Shown piece after piece: positions 53,561 through 64,000 of a DNA stretch of 64,000 nt. Each line of letters starts with the position of its first letter. The first letter of the stretch is position 1. The notes beneath the pieces are model-generated. The model had not been told where the DNA came from. It did no database searches and was given only the letters and a program-made list of their open reading frames with translations. Source of the DNA: Eledone cirrhosa (lineage: Eukaryota); NCBI GenBank assembly GCA_964016885.1, contig OZ024753.1:44020001-44084000 (forward strand). The letters run 5' to 3'. The position numbers and the translations under genes are program-made.

Positions 53561-56500
53561 TATGATATGAATGGAATAACTAAAACATAATATTCATAAA
53601 CCTGTGAAGTAATGTTGACCACAGAAACATGTATAACAGTAATCTATATTACTAAGTATGCCACACATCTTGTTTTAGATATCTTGTCTCATTCTGCTTC
53701 TAATATCATGAATTCTTGAGGCAAAAAATACCAAGTGAATGAATTAATGCATTCTTTGAACTTAAAACGGTAATTTGTAAAGTTAGCAAATGATTTGTCA
53801 ATTATTCAGAGTAATTTGGCTCTTTACTCTCAAGATATTAACTCTTTCTCAGTTGATCTATTATGAAGTTTTTACAACGTTGCAGTTTCTGCGTTCCCTT
53901 AAGACATTTGCAAGATGGGAAATGTGATATATAAACTGCAAAGTAGGTTTGAAATTTTCCCAGTTTCAAAATCCAGTACATTACTGATTAGATAAGAATG
54001 CTATGCTGTGAGACACAAACTTAAAATGGTAATTTAAATAATGTATCGGAATCTTAAGCAAAATTGTCTTTTATGGGAAGCAATTACATCACATTCGATT
54101 CCATAGTATCTTCCTGATGTCCCTTAATATCTACACTAGCAATAAATGCTAGTAATAATATCCTGAACTTTTAAATCTGTTCCTATTAATTGGATCTTAA
54201 GAAAGGAATTTTACTCTAAAGCAATCTGGCTAGAATTTCCTCTCATTAGTAATTACGTTACATGCAATATTTAGTAGAGTTATTTCACCAAATTCAACCA
54301 ACATACATACACACTTTTTCTCTCTCTTTCTCTGTCTGCCTGTCATTCTATCTCTCTGTGTGTCACAACTTCACATTTACACACATATGCACGAAAATCT
54401 ACTTGTGGTTACTGTGTCAAACGTAGAAACAGTTGTATGACCTTGGTTGCAGTAAATGTCATTGCTTTCTCAGTTAACTTATCTAAGGATTTATTACCAG
54501 GAAATCTTCAAGGTAGAAAAATCAGTTTGTTACTTAAAAGAATCACAATGGCTGACTTGCTGGTATGGTTCTGGATTATTGATCTATTTTGATAGATTTT
54601 CTCTGTTGTTAGTAATATAAGATAAAGAGAAAAAGAAGGAGCAGAGAGGAAATACAGAAGGCAGTAAGTCATTGAAAAGGTCACAGACTGTGTGATGAAA
54701 GAACTTTGACATTGAGGTAAATAGCCAATTGACTGAATAACCCACTAAATCATCATCATCATCATCGTTTAACGTATATCTTCCATGCTAGCATGGGTTA
54801 GACGGTCTAAAGGATGGATTAATTAAATCACCTGGTTAATAATAAAAATTGAAGTAAAAATTTTTTAGAGAAAAATAACATATCCATCCATGTCACCATC
54901 TCTGGGCTTCTACAATGTTTCCATCTACAAATTATCACTGACAAGGCATAGTCTATTATATCTTTTTCCATGTAGCCATTAGGTTGGTGGTTAACATTTG
55001 AAATATTAGAATATTCTCTTATCCTTAATAACTCTGTTGTGATATGTTGCTGAAAGAATGACAATTATTTTAATGGTTCATTCTAATTTTCTGTAAAGTA
55101 GGTGCTGTAGGAGATGTTTAAATTCTGCTGTTACTTGCACTATAATGGGGGGCAAGTGTTTTTTCAACTGGAAATATTGCTCTCAGTGCTGCCTATGTGT
55201 CAAATGCAGAAGAAAGGGGCCTCTCTTTTTAATAATGTAATCCAATGAAAAATGAGAAAACACCCTTTCGTTAAAACCCCCACTCATTATGCAGTGCTAT
55301 TTCCATGAAATAGCACTGCATAACGAGTAATTCCTTTAGTGTTTATTGTTTTTTTGTTGGTAATTTGAATTTCTTTGTAAATGATGTATTTGTTTTATTA
55401 ATTTCTTCTAGAATAACAACTGCAACATCAAACATTTTAAAACCATTTTCCCTGTAAAGCACAGTTTAACCTTGAAGGTCTCCCCTACCCCTCCTCCTCA
55501 TGACAGGCTTGATTCTCACCATGGGGTAGTTTTAGAGGCAATACTTTACAGCCAGATACATTAACTGATGTCAACCCGTTTTAGTTGTCTTCCATGATAC
55601 ACAGCTAAACTCTAACCCCAAACTTTATTCTAAACAAGAAGGTTCACAAAATCTCTTCTAGCATCAAAACATTATTATCCGTCTTTCATCCTTAAAGGGT
55701 CGATAAAATAAAACATGAGTCCTGGGGTCAATTGAATTGTCTTTCCCCTCCCTCCAAATTGCTGGCTTTATACCTATAGTAGAAATCATTATCATCATCC
55801 TTTCTTCTTAGATTATTCAATGGCTTGTAACAGGATTTGTTTCAAAACTTTTGGAGATAAAACAACACTTCTCTTTGTTTTATTGAATCCTCCACCTTTC
55901 GAAGGTGAAGCATTCCTTTTATTTTTTATAATGGTTAGAATATAAGCAGCTAACACAATTAATATTAACATGCAATTTCTATATATTCTGTGTCCTCTCT
56001 CAGTCATTTCTACTGCTACTGCAAAGGCCTCTACTCATGAGACTTGGCTAACATCGATTCACCTCCACTCTGACGATCCTACCTCATTTGTGATTCTTCC
56101 TCTCATTGCTTCATATTATGACACTGCCCTCCTACCTCCTCAAGGGTTTGCACTAACCACTATGCCCAGTCTTCCCACTCAAAGCCACCTCACTCCACCT
56201 CTCAAAATATCTGCCCAAATGATTTCTCTCCTTACACACATTTTTTTCCTGCTAGAGTTCACCTAAAACAATTTAAACTCAACATCAACAATATCAACAG
56301 CAACATCAGTCTTGGAGGACCTGCAAAAGTCATCCAGATCTAGCAAAAAAAAGTAAAAATAAAAATATATTAATTTTCATGTATCTTCTCTTTTGACAGA
56401 ATTCATAAAGGAGGATAATGCCCCCATAGAAAACCCCCATAATTCATAATCTGTAATCCGTGTGAATCATTAAATGCAGTCTCCTTGATAAGTCTTCTCT

Positions 56501-57580
56501 TTTGCATTATCATGGCTATTGGCTGATAAGATTTTCTTTTATTCTTACAAAGAAGCTAACTTTTCATTCAGAAAGGAAAAAATAAAAATAAAAAATAGAA
56601 AAATAAAAGATGAAAAAAAAACAACTAAATTTCAATAGTCAGAAATGAAACAAAAGAAAAATCCAGTGTTTTTTTTTCTATTTTTTCCTGAAATTCATTG
56701 GATTCACATCTGATGTTGAAAGTATGTGTGTGGTTGAGAGGTTGTGATGTTTTAATTAATATGAGGCTTTGGGGAAAAGAAACTTTCAATCAATTACCAC
56801 TTTTGTTTTTAAACACTAAACACTGACAGAAATGATTCAATAGCAATTGTGAATAACAGAAATTTTTAGATTTTTAATATAAAAAAAAATAACAACAAAA
56901 ATCTCTTTTTATACAAAAGGACACTTCATCCTCTACTCATGTTTATCTTGTAGAATAAGTTAATTCAGAATAATGTATTTAAAAAAAAAATAACTATTTT
57001 GTTTTAAGGCTTAGAAACAATATGTTGATTACATGAATATTTTGTTGCTGAATGAAGAAGGAGCAAAAATATATTGACAAAGGTACATTTTTAATTTCTT
57101 AAGCTTTTCAAATATAATATCTAGTTAATTTTTTTTCTTTCTATAACTGTGAAATATCAAATTTTACAAGTTAAAGGAATCAAGGTTATGACTCTCGCCT
57201 TTAATTCATTCAACAAAAGCCTTAACTTTCCTCAAATCACTCCCTCCGGTTGTTATTTTAACACAAGACATCACAAACATTGAAACAATTTTAATAGCTT
57301 TATTTTGTGTTATTAGTGAGTATATACGGGTAGTGGATTGGTAGTATCGCTAGAGTATTGGACAACATGCTTTGTGACATATTGTTACGTCTCTTTAGTC
57401 CTTTAACATTTACATTACTCTTTATATACTATTATATTTTTCATGGTAAAAGCTTTATCTCACATAATCATCTCACATAATATTGAAGCTATGACATTTT
57501 GATATTGTTCATTCTGAGAACAATACCTTAACGTCATGTTTTCATTGCTCTATTCACACATATATATATATTTATTTAGT

Positions 57581-58030
57581 AATAATAATAAAATTGAAGG
57601 CTAAAATCCAAAGAGGGCTCGATAAGGAAAATATATATCAAATATATAAGAACCATAGAGCAAATATTTATTAAAATAACAGATTAAAGTTTAAGCAAAG
57701 AATCGCTGCTTTCACCCTTAACGGGATCTTCTGAAACTAACAAAGTCAATCTGTAAACGCAGAACTGGATATTTCAAAAAACGTTGCAACCGGAGGAAGA
57801 CAGGAAGACGATACTTTGGTTCGTGGAAACGTTCGCTGGCAAAGACTATTCGTTTTTTCCCGTTCTTTGCCAGCGAACGTTACCACGAACCAAAGTATCG
57901 TCTTCCTGTCTTCCTCCGGTTGCAACGTTTTTTGAAATATCCAGTTCTGCGTTTACAGATTGACTTTGTTAGTTTCAGGTGAAAGCAGCGATTCTTTGCT
58001 TAAACTTTAATCTGTTATTTTAATAAATAT
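57581..58030 (-). mobile_element. Family Q fold-back element, young; CAGAAGA hammerhead at 57688-57738 (-)
   Basis: Near-perfect inverted arms of ~180 bp (57664-57845 / 57864-58030). HHR reads AGTTT-CAGAAGA-tCCC gttaa GGGt-GAAA-GCA..TGC-TT-AAACT. The right arm lacks stem II. Confidence 0.85.
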
Positions 58031-58239
58031 ATATTTATTTATAAATATATGAAATTTAAAATGTGGGCAGCCCAATACAAATGATCATAGAGTGATTGAC
58101 TATTATTATTATGGTCATTTGAATCGGGATACACATATTTTGACCTGGAGAGGGATGGACTCCTGAAATACACTTTCTCCTTATTTCCTTAAACTACATT
58201 TACTCAACCTTTTATTTAATAAAATACATCCTTTTATTT

Positions 58240-58590
58240 TCTAAACTACACTTACTCATAATTTTATTTCCCTAAACTACACTTCCTTGTCTTTTTATTT
58301 AATGAAATACACTTACACATCGTTTTATTTTCTAAATTACACTTACACATTGTTTTATTTTCTAAATTACACTTACACATCGTTTTATTTTCTAAATTAC
58401 ACTTACACATCGTTTTATTTTCTAAATTACACTTACACATCGTTTTATTTTCTAAATTACACTTACACATCGTTTTATTTTCTAAACTACACTTACACAT
58501 CGTTTTATTTTCAAAGCTACACTTACACATCGTTTTATTTTCAAAGCTACACTTACACATCGTTTTATTTTCTAAGCTACACTTCCTAAA
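58240..58590. repeat. 30-bp minisatellite, ~10 copies
   Basis: Unit ACTTACACATCGTTTTATTTTCTAAATTAC. Confidence 0.95.
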
Positions 58591-59292
58591 TCTTTTAGCA
58601 TAGGTGTGTGAAGAAAACTTTGCATTATTTAGTAGTTTCAATTTCCTGTTCTATTGATTACACACCTGTAACAGTCATCAGTAGAACCAACAGAACTCCA
58701 ACAATAACAACTACAACAACAATAACTGATCCAATTAATTCGTGATAAAGCCATATATCTCCTCCATTTAAAATTAAGCTAAAGTGTTTCAGAATCGTTA
58801 AGTGTTTGGGATAATTTTGTATGATTAGTAGTTATAATGGAATATAAACTGGAATATATAATACACTACTACTAACATGGATATTTCTACCAGGACCTCA
58901 TCCATAACATTCCAATTCTTGCTAAGAACAGAAACTAAAGAGTCCTTCTTTAGAATTACTTCACCATTCTTTTAATTGTATGAGATTGAAATTTGAAATT
59001 TCTGCTGGAAGTGGTGATGATGGTTGTGGTAGTAGTGGTAGTTTTGTTGATAGTGGTGGCAGTGATGTCAGAGGAAGTGGTGGTGATAGTAGTAGTAGTA
59101 GTGGTGGTAGTGGTAGTACTGGTGGTCAAACTTTATATCATACTTCATCTATAAACTCTGCTATAGTACCAAGCGAACTCATTGGGGCCAACTCTAGTAA
59201 CCAACAAAATTACTGAATAACCTTCATATGCATGAGAGTGTGTGTGCATGTATGTGTATACACACACATGTACACACACATATATATGTATA

Positions 59293-59510
59293 TACACATT
59301 TTAAATACTTTTGAAAACCATACAATGCACTAGAAAATTAAAATTGTCAAGATAACAATAGAATCTTACCTTACCAAATTTAATAATTATTTGCAAAGGA
59401 AAGATTCTATTGTTATCTTGGCAATTTTAATTTTCTAGTGCATTGCATGGTTTTCAAAATTATTTAAATTTGTGTTTCCTATTCAACAATCCTTCAAGCA
59501 AACTACACAT
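59293..59510 (+). mobile_element. Family T fold-back element (hammerhead 3' half only)
   Basis: Arms of ~85 bp (59294-59380 / 59390-59476) plus tail; contains GAAA-GAT tctattgtt ATC-TT-GGCA. Confidence 0.55.
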
Positions 59511-59544
59511 ATATACATATATTTATATATTTATTTCGGCCGCG

Positions 59545-59862
59545 GATGACCAACATAACCCCATCTCCCTCACCCCTCCCACAACATCCAGTCCAAACTA
59601 AAGAGGTCGTGTAGGTGTCACAACAAAAAAAACACACAGTCCATGCTGTAATGTGGCCGTGTAGGTAACACTGTAAAAACCTCCCAGTCCACACTGTAAA
59701 CGTGGTTGGTGTTAGGAAGGGCATCTAGCCGTAGAAAACCCGCCAGACAGTCCTATACGAGCAAGACAACCAATCTTGCCTCAAGTGGGAAAATTCCCGT
59801 CCAAACCCATGCTAGCATGGAAGATGGACATTAAACGATGATGATGATGTTGATGATGATGA
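59545..59862 (+). mobile_element. RTE 3' UTR/tail
   Basis: Matches 49940-50220; (GAT)n tail. Confidence 0.75.
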
Positions 59863-59957
59863 TTGAGAGTTACCAGTTTAGACTAGTGATACCATTGTTC
59901 AGTTTAGTACTTGATGCTTACAACACAGCAAGAGCTCAGCTGTCATGCAGTAATATA

Positions 59958-59989
<32 letters not shown>

Positions 59990-60031
59990 CAAAATCATGC
60001 TATATATATATATATATCATCGTTTAACGTC

Positions 60032-60063
<32 letters not shown>

Positions 60064-60067
60064 TATC

Positions 60068-60118
<51 letters not shown>

Positions 60119-60833
60119 ATACATATATATGTATATATATGTATTTGTTTGTATCATTGTACATATTCTTTCTGATGCACACATAAATACACAGATACCT
60201 ACACTCAGTGAAACACAGAGAAATAATGTTATGTAAGTTAAAATTATACTTCTAAAATTATTACAATAACAATATCTGACATGATTGCTGTGGATGTAAA
60301 GAATGGTAAAATATATGAAAATAGTTGGAAAAAATAAAAGCAAAATGAAATAATGAAATTAAGTATAACAAAATAAAACAAATTATTGTCGATAAACAAA
60401 CGAACAAAGAAAATATATATCTAAATATATCACAGACAAAAAGTGTGTACCAACATCTAATACTTGCTTACAAAGAAAGTATGAAAAACACAAACAATCC
60501 AACATTGAAAAAAACATGGGAAAAACTATGGAATGAGAAATATGAAGTAATTTATTTTTCAATATTTCATTCAGTTGTTTGGGAAGTGACAAACCTATAT
60601 CTTTTTCTTTCTACCTGTGTAGATGAGGTTGTCAGAAGCATGATATGGTATCAGTAGGTGCATCTACTGAATAGACCGACATTACTATTACTATTTTACA
60701 TCTGTCTTCCATATGTTTGGTATGAATTAGACAGGGTGTCAATGCCTGCAACTAAATTGGTTGGAGAGACCATATCTTGTTTATAATAGTTCCCATAGAT
60801 GTTTAGTAATGTGTTCTGGAAAAACAAAAGATA

Positions 60834-60868
<35 letters not shown>

Positions 60869-60869
<1 letters not shown>

Positions 60870-61039
60870 CAAAGGAATAGTGGTAAGGAACCAGATGGAC
60901 CATAATGCACCAGAGTACTCAATACTTAGGGTAGTAGAGTGGGTAATAGGAAAAAGTATGACCCCCGACGGCAGAGCTCAAGCTGTTTCGATGGCTATTT
61001 CTGGACAGAAATAGCCGTCGGGGTCATACTTTTTCCTAT
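60869..61039 (-). mobile_element. Family P fold-back element
   Basis: ATAGGAAAAAGTATGACCCCCGACGGC ... GCCGTCGGGGTCATACTTTTTCCTAT with an internal deletion; TA-flanked. Confidence 0.75.
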
Positions 61040-61042
61040 ATA

Positions 61043-61096
<54 letters not shown>

Positions 61097-61389
61097 CATC
61101 TTACTTACAAGTCCCCCCTCCCACTTTTTCAAATGTCTATGTTTATTTTTTGTTTATTTGATATAATAAATTCTTTTTAAGCTTATTTTTTTATATCTGA
61201 ACTTCATTTCAATATATAAACTTTAATTACTGTAAAACTTTACTTATGTGATGGGGTCTGGGATGGGGTCTGGGATGGGGTCTGGGATAGGGTCTGGGAA
61301 AGGGACCATAAGTAATTTATGTTCCTTTAAGAATCAACAAATGTTGGTTTGTCCCCCACTCACATTTTTAAGGCCAATGCGGCCCCCTG

Positions 61390-61985
61390 GCTATCATGAT
61401 CATCATCACCATCATGTCTGTCTTATCACCATCACCATCATGTCTGTCTTATCACCATCACCATCACGTCTATCTTATAGCTATCACCATCACGGCTGTT
61501 TTATCACCATCACCATCACGTCTATCTTATAGCTATCACCATCACGGCTGTTTTATCAGCATCACGGCTATCTTATAGCTATCACCATCACGGCTGTTTT
61601 ATCAGCATCACGGCTATCTTATAGCTATCACCATCACGGCTGTTTTATCAGCATCACGGCTATCTTATAGCTATCACCATCACGGCTGTTTTATCAGCAT
61701 CACGGCTATCTTATAGCTATCACCATCACCATCACAGCTATCTTATAGCTATCACCATCACGTCTGTCTTATCACCATCACAGCTATCTTATAGCTATCA
61801 CCATCACGTCTGTCTTATCACCATCACGGCTATCTTATCACCATCACAACTATCTTATAGTTATCACCATCACGGCTATTTTACCACCATCACAGCTATC
61901 TTATAGCTATCACCATCACGTCTGTCTTATCACCATCACGGCTATCTTATAGCTAGCACCATCACCATCAAAGCTGTCTTATTGC
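61390..61985. repeat. Degenerate ATCACCATCACGGCTATCTTATAGCT minisatellite
   Basis: Direct reading. Confidence 0.9.
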
Positions 61986-62239
61986 TAAACCACAATAACA
62001 AACCATGGTTATATCCACATCATCATCACCATCAGTAATAGCTGTACAATAGTACCGTTATAGTTACCAAAATATAACAGTACCAATTGCAAGACATGCT
62101 GGGAGCTGTACTGAAATAATTCATTATTTAGCTGTCATCGTTTTTTGCTGAAATCCTAAATGTTCTTGTTTTTGTTTTTTTTTTCAAGTCTGACAATAAA
62201 AACTAGCATTAAATCAGTAGAAGTTGTCAGTCTCTGTCT

Positions 62240-62920
62240 CATTGATGGCGTTGGTGGGGTATAGGGTGGTGTGTGTAGGTGTGTGTGTATATATATGATG
62301 GCGTTGGTGGGGTGGGGTATAGGGTGGTGTGTGTAGGTGTGTGTGTATATATATGGTGGCGTTGGTGGGGTGGGGTATAGGGTGGCGTTGGTGGGGTGGG
62401 GTATAGGGTGGTGTGTGTAGGTGTGTGTGTGCGTATATATATATGATGGCGTTGGTGGGGTGGGGTATAGGGTGGTGTGTGTAGGTGTGTGTGTATATAT
62501 ATGGTGGCATGGGTGGGGTGGGGTATAGGGTGGTGTGTGTAGGTGTGTGTAGGTGTGTGTGTATATATATATATGATGGCGTTGGTGGGGTGGGGTATAG
62601 GGTGGTGTGTGTAGGTGTGTGTGTATATATATGGTGGCGTGGGTGGGGTGGGGTATAGGGTGGTGTGTGTAGGTGTGTGTGTATATATATATATGATGGC
62701 GTTGGTGGGGTGGGGTATAGGGTGGTGTGTGTAGGTGTGTGTGTATATATATGGTGGCGTGGGTGGGGTGGGGTATAGGGTGGTGTGTGTAGGTGTGTGT
62801 ATATATATATATATGATGGCGTTGGTGGGGTGGGGTAGAGGGTGGTGTGTGTGTATATATATGATGGCGTTGGTGGGGTGGGTATAGGGTGGTGTAGGTT
62901 GGCGTGTGGGTGTGTGTATA
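62240..62920. repeat. G-rich ~60-bp minisatellite (GGCGTTGGTGGGGTGGGGTATAGGGTGGTGTGTGTAGG...)
   Basis: Direct reading. Confidence 0.9.
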
Positions 62921-63114
62921 TATTAAATATATGACGTAAGATGTGAGATGTGTGTATATATATATATATATCCGTCTAACCCATGCTAGCGTGGAAAGAG
63001 GACGTTAAACGATGATGATGATGATATATCTTCATTATTGGAATATTTCTTACACCAGTAAAGACAGACACTATGGCATTACATCAGTTATACAATGTCT
63101 TACATCATTATTGT

Positions 63115-63946
63115 ATAGTAGTAGTGGGGGGGGGGTAGTAGTGGTGGTGTGAGTGATAGTGGTGGTAGTGTGGGTGGTAGTGGTGGTAGTAGTGGTGGTC
63201 GTGGTGGTGTGGGTGGTAGTAGTGGTGGTGGTGGTAGTAGTAGTAGTGATGGTAGTTGTAATAGTAGTAGTGGTAGTAGTAGTGATGGTGGTGGTGGTGG
63301 TAGTAGTAGCAGTAGTAGTAGTAGTAGTATTACTATTCTTGTTGTTGTCATCATCATGGCTAGTTTACTTTCAGCAATTATTTCTTTGTTTGTTTGTCAT
63401 TCTTTTACATCATCATCAACAACAACACTACAACCACAACCCATACCTCCATCCACTGTTATCACCATCACCTTCACCACCACAAACACTAACACTACCA
63501 CCACCACCACCATCATCACTACACCATCACAACCACCAACACCACTACACCACCACCACAACCACCAACACCACCACCAACAACAACACCACCACCACCA
63601 CAAACACTACCACCACCACCACCACAAACACTAACACTACCACCACCACCACTACCATCATTAGTACACCATCACCACTACACCACCACCACAACCACCA
63701 ACACCACTACACCACCACCACAACACCACCACCACAACCACCAACACCACCACAACCACCACCAACACCACCACCACCTCCAACACCACCACCACCACCA
63801 ACAACACCACCACCACCACCACAAACACTACCACCACCACAAACACTAACACCACCACCACCATCATCACTACACCATCACCACTACACCTCCACCACAA
63901 CCACCAACACCACCACCAACACCACCACCAACACCACCACCACCAC
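63115..63946. repeat. (GGT/AGT)n and (CCA/CAA)n low-complexity tracts
   Basis: Direct reading. Confidence 0.95.
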
Positions 63947-64000
63947 TGTCAGAAATACACGGAAGTGAGAGAAGTAGAAAGTGGAATATATTTAATAATT

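Overview
AT-rich, microsatellite-laden eukaryotic non-coding DNA. The SINE/LINE content suggests a coleoid cephalopod, probably Octopus (inference). There is no intact protein-coding gene, and nearly all ORFs in the track are microsatellite or minisatellite artefacts. The window holds two tRNA-headed SINE families, RTE and CR1 LINE fragments, mariner/pogo/hAT/piggyBac-type MITEs, several minisatellites and a possible decayed exon pair (33.3-35.1 kb). The main signal is a set of about 20 short, non-coding elements inserted in (TA)n tracts, often folding back on themselves, from at least 8 sequence families. They carry type I hammerhead ribozyme (HHR) motifs: stem I-CUGANGA-stem II-GAAA-stem III-UH-stem I'. 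About 11 near-complete motifs can be read by eye. They include a family with a fixed CAGAAGA core variant, a family with covarying stem II and palindromic stem III, forms with very long stem II inserts, and half-ribozyme fold-backs. The architecture (inverted pLTR + pLTR + tail, minimal HHR) matches Penelope-like element derivatives. All folds were done by hand and no catalytic activity is shown.
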